64,000 nucleotides of DNA from Octopus vulgaris (Eukaryota), in assembly GCA_951406725.2 (NCBI GenBank), contig OX597814.1, forward strand, positions 194,060,001-194,124,000. The letters are read 5' to 3'. Within the stretch, counting starts at the first letter, position 1, and each line of letters begins with the position of its first letter. This document shows positions 26,386-38,741 of the stretch, piece after piece. The translations under genes were made by a program, and so were the position numbers. The notes under the pieces are model-generated. The model worked only from the letters and a program-made list of their open reading frames with translations. It was not told the origin of the DNA and made no database searches.

Positions 26386-26794
26386 GGCACCTCAGATAAA
26401 AAATTTTTCCAAATGTTCTTTGAAAACATCCACATCTACGCGTCGCAGATCTCTTAAATCGTTTGGCGGAGTGTTGAAAAGTTATGGGCCCTCGAAATTA
26501 AGCAGTTACGATATTGGGAGTTTAGTCTCGGTGGATTATCAGTAATTAAGGTATTAAGTGTATGAAATGAATTTTAGGATCAAAGTCTGAGAAGAAACAG
26601 TAGTGAGAGGCTGAATACTTAAAGCATTTTGTTTAGTACGGGATCTTTGGTACTATGCAGTGGTGTCGGGTGCGGTGGTTGCTGTAGCTTTCAGTCCCAA
26701 AGATGCAGGATCTTTGCAGGATCTTCCAGATGTGTGCGTGTATGTGAAATGTAACGTGTCTGGAATGGCGCAGCAATGCATAATAATTGTTATC

Positions 26795-27088
26795 ACACGT
26801 GATCACGTGACCGACCAGTCCATCAGATGTAGTTACACATCGCTGGTCACAATGCGCTCGCATTGTTTTAGCCTTCGAATGACGCCACCCCGCTGGCTAA
26901 GCGAGCAGGCCAACAGAAGAAAGAGTGGTGAAAGAGTACAGCAGGGATCACCACCCCCTGCCGGAGCCTCGTGGAGCTTTTAGGTGTTTTCGCTCAATAA
27001 ACACTCACAACGCCCGGTCTGGGAATCGAAACCGCGATCCTACGACCGCGAGTCCGCTGCCCTAACCACTAGGCCGTTGCGCCTCCAC
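26795..27088 (-). mobile_element. tRNA-derived SINE family C
   Basis: Head ggaggcgca.tggcc.agtggttagggcagcggactcgcgg...ttcgattccc; other copies at about 5745-6045, 13317-13428, 23535-23810, 34530-34748, 43780-43965, 48838-49515 (interrupted), 55767-55932. Confidence 0.85.
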
Positions 27089-27560
27089 AATAACTGTTAT
27101 AGATAATTTAATTACTCATTATATCAGACTATGGATAATTAAATTATTTGCTATTATATCTCACAAACTATGCACAATGCTTCCAGCGAACTACAGTATA
27201 TACTGTTGTCAATTATTAACGATTGTACGGTTTTCTTTTACTTTCATTCATTGCGAATTCTTCTCTCTGCTATCCTCGTATGCATAAAACGAGAGATCCG
27301 CCTGGCATTCAGTAATGACGCACACGAACCGTCTGTCCTTGAAAAAGCATGTCAGCAACGCATTCACACTCTCTCCTGCAGTTCTCTTATACTTATCTAA
27401 GATTAATTCCATCACTTGAACTCTTAATTCTGGTAATTAATTTGATTGATTTGTTTCTGTAAATTTTCGTAATTTGCTGGAAAAAAAGTCGTTTTTTAAC
27501 TAAGACAAATGAGACTGTTAAAGAGAAGGTGGATATATGATTACTAAATAAAGATTTGTG

Positions 27561-27870
27561 AAGGCGCATGGCTCAGTGGTTAGAGCGTCGAGCTTACGAT
27601 CGTGAGGTTGTGAGCTCGAATCCCGGACCGGCCTGCGTGTTGTATTCTTGAGCAAGAACTCAGCTGTAGAAATGAGTTGTGACGTCACTGGTACCAAGCT
27701 GTATCGGCCCTTGCCTTACCCTTGCATAATACTGGTGGCGTGGATAGGGGAGACCGGTATGCATGGGCGACTGCTGCTCTTCCATAAACAACCTTGCCCG
27801 GACTTGTACCTGGGAGGGTAACTTTCTAGGTGCAATCCCGTGGTCAGTGTCGTGACCGAAGGGGGTCTCA
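27561..27870 (+). mobile_element. tRNA-derived SINE family D
   Basis: tggctcagtggttagagcg...ctcgaatccc head; related head or tail pieces at about 1980-2330, 34370-34550, 53860-54075, 55980-56450. Confidence 0.7.
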
Positions 27871-28009
27871 GAAATAAAGATTTATTTGTCTTTGCCTACA
27901 ACGTCCGTTTTGTAATGACCGGTTTATATAACTTAAACACTACATAAATGAAATATGAGTTTATTTAACTCAGTCCCGTACAATCAATTTTTATTTTTAG
28001 TTTTTCAGT

Positions 28010-28200
28010 TTAAATTTCAAACAATTTAAGAATATATCTCCTGCAGTTTACATCGTTAAAATGTTCCTCTAACCTCACTATTAGGAGGCTGTTGGTCTCA
28101 CCGATATATTCACTACCACGACAACTGCAATAGATGGAATACACATATTTCTTCCGATGGAGGGATTGTTGAGGAAAGTCGCTGTGGAGAGATAGAAAAC
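28010..28200 (-). pseudogene. Decayed GIY-YIG endonuclease fragment (Penelope-type)
   Basis: YVYSIYCSCRGSEYIGETNSLLIVRLEEH. Confidence 0.7.
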
Positions 28201-28520
28201 TCAGACATGGTTGATTAGATGTAAATGTCAAAGGACAGTCATCAACTATTGTGGAACAAAGTCGAGGTAACAGACTGGAACAAAACCCTGGAAGGCGACT
28301 AAAAGAATCGGTGAATACACTGGGCTTTGGTAACGTCTTTAACAGACCCAGCAAAGAGGGAAACGCCACACGGAAGCCATTAATCAAGAAAGGGAAAACT
28401 TGAAAACAACAAACATAAAAAAGTTAAATCTAAAACTCCTAATATCCATAATTTTAATGTACAGGGTGTCTACAAAGTCTGGGTGCATGGAGTAAATAAA
28501 ATTATAACATAAACAATTAA

Positions 28521-28811
28521 CAATTGCGGCGTGGAAGGTGTTTGTAAGCCATTTAAGAAACACACAAAAGCCGTTCGATTCACTTTAACATTTAAGTTTA
28601 ATTTGTCAAATGCACGGATTTTTGTCAGTGAACAGGCCGCGGTCTTAAAGCGACGAAAATATTTTGACAAATTAAACTTAAATGTTGAAGTGAATCGAAC
28701 GGCTTTTGTGTGTTTCTTAAATGGCTTACAAACACCTTCCACGCTGCAATTGTTTTCGTTTCAGCACACGATCTCAGATCAAATCACTTGCTATGCAAGT
28801 ACATCTCCGTA
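28521..28811 (+). mobile_element. Asymmetric fold-back element carrying the G3-C8 HHR, nested in a mariner
   Basis: About 90-bp inverted arms, about 59-nt one-sided extension, 12-bp TSD ATAAACAATTAA at 28509-28520 and 28812-28823. Confidence 0.8.
28621..28671 (+). ncRNA. Type I hammerhead variant with G3-C8 core (GUGAACA)
   Basis: UUUGUCA-GUGAACA-G-GCCGC ggucuuaaa GCGAC-GAAA-AUAU-UU^-UGACAAA; 7-bp stem I, palindromic stem III. Confidence 0.7.
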
Positions 28812-29569
28812 ATAAACAATTAAATATAAGAAATAATAATTTTTCCTTTTTTACTTTTGTTTAAATTAAATACAAAAAAATACTTTACTTTTCTAAATGC
28901 TGGTTGAGGAAAAGTTTCATCCATACAAGCTACAGATATTGCATCACTTAAATGAAGACGACCCTGATAGACGAATGCAGATGCGCGAATGGTTTTCAGA
29001 TAAATTGGATGAAAATATCAATTTTACTAAAATGTAGACTTATTTAATTGAGTTCACCTGAATTTTGCAAGGCGCATCAAGTCATGCATTGAAAATGATG
29101 GAAATCATGTTTAAAATATTATTTATTAACATTATAATTAAATAAAATTGTTTTGTTTTAAAAGTATGTGTTAATCCCCATGTACCCAGACTTTGTGGAC
29201 ACCCTGTATTACGAAACAACAGAATTAGTGAAATATAGGTATTAAGTATTGAAAGTGTGATAGAGGACGTGAGGACGCGGTTGGCAACTTAATTATTTAA
29301 CTAAACTGCTCCAATCAAACAAATCCAATGCATATGCTAGCAGGCAGAAACGTTAGCACGCCGGGCGATTTGCGCAGCCGTAATTTCGTCCGCCGCTGCG
29401 TTCTGAGTTCAAATTGCGCCGACGTCGACTTTGCCTTTCATCCTTTCGGGGTCGATAAATTAAGTACAAGTGACGCACTGGGTAGATATAATCGACTTAA
29501 TCCGTTTGTCTGTCCTTGTTTGTCCTCTCTGTGTTTAGCCCCTTGTGGGTAGTAAAGAAATAGAAATAG

Positions 29570-30070
29570 ATATGCTTTCCCTGTGAATCTACCTTCAGTT
29601 TCGATGACTGCTTGAATGCGAAACCGGAATCGTTGGCATACTCGCACTAAATTGTCACAATTCATTTCGAACATCACCTGAGCAACGGTGGCCTTCAGTG
29701 AAGCTGTGGCGGCCACAAGTTTGATGATACGTAATCTTAAGGATTGTCTGATATCTGTTCTTGGGTTTCGTGGGCTTTGTGAGGTGTTAAGTCTTGTTGA
29801 AACACACATGGCCTTTCATTGCGTATTTCATCCATCCAGTGCTTAAGAACAGTCCCTAGTTTAACGTATCCAGCAGCACTAGTTCTAAAACCCCATAAAA
29901 AAAATGTGAGGTGGTATAATTTTACCTTTGTTAAAACCATTACAGTAGCTAGTAACTTAATGTTCCTCACACTGGGAAGATCAGACTGATCGGCACATTT
30001 CTGTCATTTTTCTTGTTAGTCTTCTGGACTTCGTCGTATTTCTTCTCATCAGAGAAGGACCAATGTATGC
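29570..30070 (-). pseudogene. Decayed Tc1/mariner (maT/DD37D-like) transposase
   Basis: WSFSDEK...NDR, CVFQQD..PH, CQRFRFRIQAVIETEG across frameshifts. Confidence 0.7.
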
Positions 30071-31741
30071 CATGTTCGTAAGGGAGTTTATAGAAGAAAT
30101 AATACCAGTAGACACCAATGACATCGCTGAGCTGAAGATAATAGAGTCTCATAGTAAGACTTTATCTATTGAAAACCTGCTGGAATTCGCACAGCAACGC
30201 ATCTAGAATGAACCGGGAGACCTTATTGCAGAGCCAACAACGGCATAAATAATTCTAACTACTAGATTCCTCGGAAAAAAGCATCACGAAGAAGTCAAAA
30301 ATCATGAACCAGTTTACTGAGAATGACTCTGATTCGGAGCGCAGCTGCCAGGTGAAGTGTAGTGTTCTTCGTGATAGAAAACTCAAGAAAACGCAGACAT
30401 CAGATGCTTACCTCGAAAATCAGCCAATGAGTGAGGAAGACCCCCAACCTTAAACCTCATCCCAGATATAGTCTGTTCTGGTTTATTTCTCACATCTGCT
30501 TTTCAACTGAATTAATGGTGATTAGATCTGTGTTTTCATGATTAGTGAATTTTTAATCTGCCAGGCGACTATTCGCTATATCAGTGAATATTTTATTCAC
30601 TTTTTCCTATATCGGAAACGACGAATACTCTTCAGAGCATGTGACTGCCTGTGAGTATGCACCATTAAAGATACCCAAAAAGGTTGAAAAATATATCTGG
30701 CAATTTCGCTGATAACTGCAGGGATGAATTTTCGTATGTCCGATATCTATTGAGTTTTTAACATAGCAAGTCTAAATGACATATCATATCAGGACAAATA
30801 CGGCAGTGACTTGTCTGACAACAGTGTGTGTGCATTAAGTATGATACATAGAAGGCTGTCTTTAACTATTTTTCATAATCATCTATCAAAAAACTCATTA
30901 TTCTTTTATTTGTTTCAGTCATTTGACTGCGGCTATGCTGGAGCACCGACTTTAGTCGAACAAATCGACCCCAGGACTTATTTTTAGTAAGCCTAGTACT
31001 TATGCTATCTTCCACTTTTGCCGAACCGCCGCTAAGTTACGGGGGCACAAACATACCAACATCGGTTGTCAAGCGATGGAGTGGGGACAAACACAGACAC
31101 ACAAACATATACATACGACGGGTTTCTTTCAGTTTCCGTCTACTAAATTCACTTACAAGGCTTTGGTCGGCCCGAGGCTATAGGAAAACACTTGCTCGAG
31201 GTGCCACGCAGAATTAACTTAAACTTTTGTAACCTTTCGTTTTTGGATTTGGTTTGCAAGATTCTTTATATGAGTTCGTGTGTTGAAGCATATTCTGTAG
31301 TGTCTGGGGAGAGTCATTTTCTTTTTGTGCCTTATTATTTAACACACTCACCGGTAAAATTTCCACTTTTTTCTTATTTTTATTGTCCTAAAAGTTTCGT
31401 TGCGTCTTGCAACCTTTTTAATAGTTTTGCCTCTGTCCGTTATTTACACTGCGTTCCCTTTTGTTTGTTTGTGCGCATGTGTGTGGGTCAGTGTGTGTAT
31501 GTGTGCCTATACAGGCATGCATGTACGTATGTATGTGTGTGTGTTTTTGCATGTGTATGTATGCATATGTATGTATATATGTGTGTGTATGCATCTGTAT
31601 ATATGTATGTATATGTGTGCATCTGTATGTACGTATCCTGTATATTTATGTGCTTGCCTGTCCGTGTTTGTGTATTTTCTATGTATGTGTGTGTGATCAT
31701 GTGTTTGTATATATATGCGCCTCTGTCTCCTTGTGTGTGCA

Positions 31742-31787
<46 letters not shown>

Positions 31788-32810
31788 TGTTATGCAACTA
31801 TGTACCATGTTTGTATGTATGGATGTGCATCTATCATAATACGTGACAGAAAACTCAAAAAACGCAGACGACATTGTATGATATTATCTAAAATTAGCAA
31901 ACGCCTGAAGGGTCACAGACTGTATTGTTCTATCACTTTCATCTATATTTGAATCAATATCAAGCTCGTCTAAAATGTTGGAATTGTTAGAGAGCTCTTC
32001 GAAGTGACATGTGTAATCTCTCCCAAATGTTTACGTTTCGAGTTCAAATTCCGTGGTGACATATTGCAGCTTTACACAAATGAAGCAGACGGGTTTTTTT
32101 AAATGTGTTGCTTTATTTTGCCATCTCTTTACTCTTTTACTTGTTTCAGTCATTTGACTACGGCCATGCTGGAGCACCGCCTTTAGTCGAGCAAATCGAC
32201 CCCAGGACTTATTCTTTGTAAGCCTAGTACTTATTTCTACCTGTCTCTTTTGCCGAACCGCTAAGTTACGGAGACGTAAACACACCAGCATCGGTTGTCA
32301 AGCGATGTTGGGAGACAAACACAGACACACACATATATACGACGGGCTTCTTTCAGTTTCCGTCTACCAAATCCACTCACAAGGCTTTGTCGCCCCGAGG
32401 CTATGCAGGAGACACTTGCCCAAGGTGCCACTGAACCCGGAACCATGTGGTTGGTGAGCAAGGTACTTACCACACAGCCACTCGCCTTTTTTTTTTTTCC
32501 AGTATTAAGTCACTTAACATTTTTAAGGTACCCTCAAATGAGACATAACTAACGAAATATTAAATCGAAACAGGTTACAGGTGGTTAGAGCTAATCACTT
32601 GACCTCTATTGGACAGCGTGGACAGGTGAGCCTGTACCCAGCACAGAGACAAGCTATCAACAACAGCAGCAGCCTGTGGCTTCTATCCAGTGAATCGACG
32701 ACTGAAAAGACTGTGTGTGTGTGTGTGTGTGTGTGTACGCATTTTCTTGGTTTTGTACACAGCTCTGAATAGTGAACGGTCACGAGTTCTATTTTTTAAA
32801 ATCCATGATT

Positions 32811-33229
32811 GGATCTTTTCGGTTTGAACGGCAGTTTTTTCTAGCGGTATCATATGAAATTGTCACCCATAATTATGACCCTAGTATCGATCTATTGCAT
32901 TTCAATCTTTTTAGGGTTAGGGTTAGGGTGGGGGAAGGGTATCTTTTTTTTCTTCAGAAATGTAAATAAACCCAATCTGTTTCTTAAACGAGGGACATAT
33001 TCATACGGTACAGAATGTTTTCACCTCAATAGACGTCATTGATTGGTTGAAATTGCAGAAATTAAAAGAGAAAAAAAAAAACAACAAATATCTTACAAAC
33101 TATAGAATTTTCTCAATAGCCAAGAGAAAAAGATGTTTTATAAACACATTCTACCAGTATACGAAGTTTAAAAGTGTTTAGTTACATGGAAATTATTTTT
33201 AAAAACTGCCGCTCAAACCGAAAAGATCC
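32811..33229. mobile_element. MITE with GGATCTTTTCGGTTTGAACGGCAG TIRs and internal TTAGGG repeats
   Basis: About 28-bp TIRs; homologous to 38329-38741 in opposite orientation. Confidence 0.85.
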
Positions 33230-33974
33230 GTTATTTTTATTAAACCCTTCCAAATTCCAGGTTATTTTCAAAATTGGATGAAATACAGAGGCAATATATT
33301 TCATTAGCAAAATCTCAAGTACAGTTTGTATTTAGAAAAGGAATTTTTTATCGAAGGGGGATAATCTGCTCAAATCGATTATCCCCCTTGCTTTATCAAC
33401 ACTGAACACACGTTAGTTCTTCCAGAGATCGAAAGCGCGATCGAGTTTCTAACCCAACCATTTCCTTTACTTACCCATCTGATTTCTTCAGAAGCTGCAT
33501 AAAAGCTACAACATAATAAAATATTGCACTGTACAGAAAAAAATATCAATAATGTGTTTCTTTTATATCTGAAAAATGTAAATTATTTTCTGACTAGCAG
33601 AATCGTTAGTGACGGACACAATGCTTTATGGAATGGATTTAGTTACGGTCCTCTACGAACTAAGTTCAAATCTCGGCGAGGGCCATTTTGTCTTTCTTCT
33701 TTTCGGAGGTCATTTAAAATATTTAAACATTTGTGCATTACTGCATATACTTTATACGCACTTTTGACAAGTTGTGGTGCACCTGAGCACTGTATACAAT
33801 AATTTCATTATTATTATTATTATTATAATCGTCAAGTACTGGGACGAGTCAATATTTCGATACAGCATAGGCCTGAAGCCATGTGGTTGGAAAGAAGTTT
33901 CTTAACCATGATGTTTAATAACAAAAGTCTGTTCATAGCGTATCGCCTCTCATTTATAGTGAGCCATAATGTAC

Positions 33975-34307
33975 TTCGTTTTTGGATTTGGTTTGCAAGA
34001 TTCTTTATGTGAGTTCGTGTGTTGAAGCATATTCTGTTGTGTTTGGGGAGAGTCATTTTCTTTTTGTGTCTTATTATTTAACACACTCACTGGTAAAATT
34101 CCCACTTTTTTTCTTATTTTTTATTGCCCGAAAATTTTCGTTGCGTCTTGCAACCTTTTCAATAGCTTTGAGTCAAAACTATTGAAAAGGTTGCAAAACG
34201 CAACGAAAATTTTAGGAAAATGAAAATAAGAAATAAGTGGAAATTTTATCAGTGAGTGTGTTAAATAATAGGGCACAAAAAGAAAATGACTCTCCCCAGA
34301 CACAACA
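33975..34307. mobile_element. Asymmetric fold-back element (U3-A8 HHR family)
   Basis: About 135-bp inverted arms centred near 34172, about 55-nt left extension; a partial copy lies at 31235-31430. Confidence 0.8.
34179..34215 (+). ncRNA. Minimal type I hammerhead variant with U3-A8 core (mirror copy on minus strand at 34129-34165)
   Basis: CUA-UUGAAAA-G-GUUGC aaaac GCAAC-GAAA-AU-UU^-UAG. Confidence 0.6.
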
Positions 34308-35489
34308 TAAATGTATTGCTATACTTAAAATATTGGGAAGTACTTGTTTAAGCACTGCAAATATGGAAGCACTCCGTCGGTTACGACGATGAGGGTTCTG
34401 GTTGATCCGAATCAACGGAACAGCCTGCTCTGTGAAATTAACATGTAAGTGGCTGAGCACTCCACAGACACGTGTACCCTTAACGTAGTTCTCGGGGATA
34501 TTCAGCGTGACACAGAGAGTGACAAGGCCGGCCCTTTGAAATATAGGTACAACAGAAACAGGAAGTAAGAGTGAGAGAAAGTTGTGGTGAAAGAGTACAG
34601 CAGGGATCACCACCATCCCCTGCCAGAGCCTCGTGGAGCTTTAGGTGTTTTCGCTCAATAAACACTCACAACGTCCGGTCTGAGAATCGAAACCGCGATC
34701 CTACAACCGCGAGTCCGCTGCCCTAACCACTGGGCCATTGTGCCTCCACTACTGCAAATATTCATGGAGGAAAGAAAACATAAAACAAATAAAAATGATA
34801 AACAAAATGGTGTTTAGGTAATTTATTTTATTTTAAAATGATAAAAAGAAACATTTCTAGAATGTTCTGCGAAATACAGCTGTACTGTTGCTCAACTCAA
34901 TAAAAAGAAGACAGCTATTTGGTTGTTAAAATCCCACAAATTTATGCATGATTGTGCCACATATTAACAGTCTATTTGCAAAAGATAGTTACAAGTCAAA
35001 ATAACAGCTTTCTTTAATTTTAAACACCCATTTAGAGCATTTTACTAGTGTGAGCACACACACACACACACACATATATGCATACACATGCCTGTATAAA
35101 CACACATAACAAACGAATCCAGTTAACATGATTGAATGTTTGGAACAATATATATACTTTCAATGTTTGGAAAGAAATATTAAAATGTTACCCTCCGTTC
35201 TATTTTGTTTTCAGACCTTCTGGTACAACATGACAAAATTCTATCAGTAAATGCATTCTATTGAATTTTTGTCTTTTCCTCCAATTCAAACAAAAGAAAA
35301 ATCCACATCTGTAATAAGTCCCACTCAAGCAAGCATGAAAAATGGATAAAAGAAATCCAGTTAACAAAATCCATACTTATAGAGCTACAGAAATCTAACC
35401 TTACTGACAAGACCCCTGCATGAAAAATCATAACTAGAACATGTGATAACCACTGAAGAATTCTCCCTTTTCAAATTTGTATGTATGTA

Positions 35490-35948
35490 TATATTCTCTC
35501 CAGCACCGCCACAAGCGGTACATCATTTGTACGATGTGGAGAATATACCACCAACTTTGCCCAAACGACCTGAACATTAGTTTCAAGGTTCATCCAAGGC
35601 TGGTACCACGAGCCATACATCCCCTGCCCAATTCAGGATCACAGCATATAGGTACACTGCAACAGAATTTCTTTTCCTCAACAGGCCCTGTCCTGTTTAA
35701 CATTATCCCGAAAGAGATCAAGGAGGAAAAGGATCCCATCACCTTTAAACTGAGTCTGGACAGATTTCTTCAAGGAATACCGGATAAGCGACCCATACCT
35801 AGATACAACTCACTCAACAAGAACTCAGTACTTGAATGGACCATGATGCCACAAAACTTGACTTAAAACGGATTTAGATAATCCTATCAGGTGGTGCTAT
35901 TAAGTTAGACATGGCCTAGACCAATCTTTGGTCGAAACATAACTAAGT
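35490..35948 (+). mobile_element. CR1/L2-type LINE 3' fragment with tail (tail piece also at 20747-20810, minus)
   Basis: FSSTGPVLFNIIPKEIK...FKLSLDRFLQGIPD; 3' stem-loop gaccaa-tct-ttggtc. Confidence 0.75.
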
Positions 35949-36233
35949 GTATATATATATATATATATGCAAATGTGGTTGCTTGGTTGACAAGCTTACT
36001 CCCAACCAGGTGGTCTCAGGTTCAGTCATATGGCACTGCACCTTGGGCAAATGTTTACTACTCTAGTCTAGTGCTGACCAAAGCCTTGCAAGTGGATTTG
36101 GTTGATGGAAACTGAAAGCTTGACAGTGTTGTGTGGTCTGAAGGAAATAAAATCACTGCCTAACAGTGGCGGTTCGTGGATAGGCACTGTGGACTGCAGC
36201 ACGCCCTATTTCTATTCGATATTATCAATAACA

Positions 36234-36698
36234 CAGTTCTATATTTAAGAGATGTGGAATTATGTACATTATTTACATTTGATGGATATTTGTTCTCATC
36301 TTGTTTGTTATTAACACATTTCGGCTGATATACCCTCCAGCCTTCATTAGGTGTCTTAGGGAAATTTCAAACAGGGGTTCTCATTCATAAAGGTATTTTT
36401 CAATATTATTACTATTATTATTATTCAGGTCACTGCCTGGAATCAAACTCGGAATCTTGGGGTTAGTAGCCTGTGCTCTTAACCACTATGACCACAAGCA
36501 TATGGCTACTAACCCCAAGATTCCGAGTTTGATTCCAGGCAGTGACCTGAATAATAATAACATCGAAAAATACCTTAGGAAAGAGAACCCAGGTTCGAAA
36601 TTTCCCCAAGACACCTGATGAAGGCTGGAGGGTGTATCAGCCGAAATGTTGTGTTAACAACAAAGATGAGGACAAATATCTGTCAAATGTAAATTATG
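36234..36698. mobile_element. Fold-back tRNA-headed HHR retroelement, copy 1 (both arms nearly full)
   Basis: Head-to-head inverted arms centred near 36495; 14-bp TSD TATTATCAATAACA at 36220-36233 and 36699-36712. Confidence 0.85.
36610..36655 (+). ncRNA. Minimal type I hammerhead in the tRNA-headed element
   Basis: GACAC-CUGAUGA-A-GGCUG gaggguguau CAGCC-GAAA-UG-UU^-GUGUU (stem III is CG in the 63502 copy). Confidence 0.75.
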
Positions 36699-38328
36699 TA
36701 TTATCAATAACATTCAATATGATGAGTCCTTTTTTCTTTAATTCTTTCTTTGTACTTGTACATTATATAATCCTTAAGCTTGGTGTCAGTAGCCATCCCC
36801 TAGTTTATAAAAAAATACAAAAATCCTTGTATAGAACTGTGCACTTCACAGTCCCAGTGATGTGGTGTTTGGCTGTTATGCGCATGCTCACATGTCCAAG
36901 ATAGGAAGCTACATGCTAGGGAGAGAGATCATTGTGGTTCGTGCAGTGCCGACCCTGGTGTGCTGGTGAAAGGTAGTGTTTCTTTTTGACTCCATATGTG
37001 TTGTGCTTAAAAACGTGTTGATATTCTTGAATGTAATAAAGTGTAGAATTAGATTATTATCCTGCACCAAGATACAGTGTTGCTGCCAGGATTTGAAAAA
37101 TAGGGCATATTTTCCCCCTTATTTTGTAATTTAGTGGGGATTTTTGAAAAACACGAGTGAATTTGTGCTGGTGTTCAGTAAACAAATTAAACACATTACA
37201 CAGCAGTGGCTAAAACGTGAACCAATCAAGTTTATGTATAAATTTTCTTTTTATATCTTTGTTTCCTTTTACACAACATTAAAACAATGGCTAAAAATTT
37301 TCTGAAGCCGCAACCCCACCAATTTTATCTATGAGCCACCACAGTTGCCTAAGTATATACAGACATTAACTCAGTGAACCTAACTGGACCCAAATGACTA
37401 CACAGAGGTAACTAATATATGTGTACAAGTGTGTGCATACGTGTGTGTGTGTGTGCGCGCGTGTGTGTGTATACATACATATATACGTATGTATATACAC
37501 AACCTTATCTTGACATCATTCAAAGATTGCAAGCTAGCATCACCATGACACAAGTGATGCTGTTCATTTTCAATCTTCAATGGAAAACATGTCTGATCAT
37601 AGGAGAATATTACCTATTTCTTTATTACCCACAAGGGGCTAAACATAGAGGGGACAAACAAGGACAGACAAAGGTATTAAGTCAATTACATCGACCCCAG
37701 TGCGTAACTGGTACTTATTTAATCAACCCCGAAAGGATGAAAGGCAAAGTCGACCCCGGCGGAATTTGAACTCAGAACATAGCAGACGAAATACTGCTAA
37801 GCATTTCGCCCGACGTGCTAATGATTCTGCCAGCTCGCCACCCTAATAGAAGAATATTACCATGCTTTGAAACAGGGTGTTGGCAACAGGAACAGGATGC
37901 AGTCATAGAAAATCTGCCACAGCAAATTCCGTCTGGTTAACAAAAGCATGGAAAAAATGGAGCTTAAATGATGATGAAATATATTGAAACAAAAAAAAAA
38001 AAAAAAAAACAGGGACGGAGATTAACAAAATCAAAGAGAAAACAGATAATCTGGAAGGATGTTACTTTTTCTCTTTCAGAATCATTAACAATGGATTTGG
38101 TATTTTTGAAAAATTAGCATGGATTCTGAAAAAAATAGTGAGATCAAATAGTCGAAGATTATGGCATCATAGATGTAACTGACTCTCAGAGAGAAAAAAA
38201 CCGCAGTTGGAATAATGGCTAAAGACAAGGACAGCACAGTTTTAAGTGACTAGAGATAATGACCTAGAACTATCATTAAAATAATGATCAAAGATCCCAG
38301 CAGGCATGGGTGAGTGGTTAAGTCTCTA

Positions 38329-38741
38329 GGATCTTTTCGGTTTGAACGGCAGTTTTTTAAAATAATTTCTAGGTAACTAAAAAATTTTAAACTTCGTATA
38401 CTGGTAGAATGTGTTTATAAAGCATCTTTTTCTCTTGGCTTTATTGAGAAAATTCTATAGTTTGTAAGATATTTGTTGGTTTTTTTTTCTTCAATTTCTG
38501 CAATTTCAACCAATCAATGACCCTCTATTGAGGCGAAAACATTCTGTGCCATATGAATATGTCCCTCGTTTAAGAAACAGATTGGGTTTATTTACATTTC
38601 TGAAGAAAAAAAGATACCCTTCTCCCACCCCTAACCCTAAAATAGATTGAAATGCAATAGATTGATTCTAGGGTCATAATTATGGGTGACAATTTCATAT
38701 GACACCGCTAGAAAAAACTGCCGTTCAAACCGAAAAGATCC
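38329..38741. mobile_element. Same MITE family, 8-bp TSD (Merlin- or hAT-like)
   Basis: TSD AGTCTCTA at 38321-38328 and 38742-38749; inserted in a SINE head. Confidence 0.88.

Larger units (their letters stand above)
28462..29206 (+). mobile_element. Internally deleted Tc1/mariner element
   Basis: TIR CAGGGTGTCTACAAAGTCTGGGT / ACCCAGACTTTGTGGACACCCTG, TA flanks; remnant KFHPYKLQILHHLNEDDPDRRMQMREWF. Confidence 0.85.
36162..37345. mobile_element. Old non-autonomous DNA transposon hosting HHR element copy 1
   Basis: Imperfect TIRs aacagtggcggttcgtggata / tatctatgagccaccacagtt. Confidence 0.5.

Noticed and set aside
27561-27632. tRNA gene
   Set aside because: tRNA-like head continues into a SINE body with no acceptor-stem closure; the same applies to the other SINE heads
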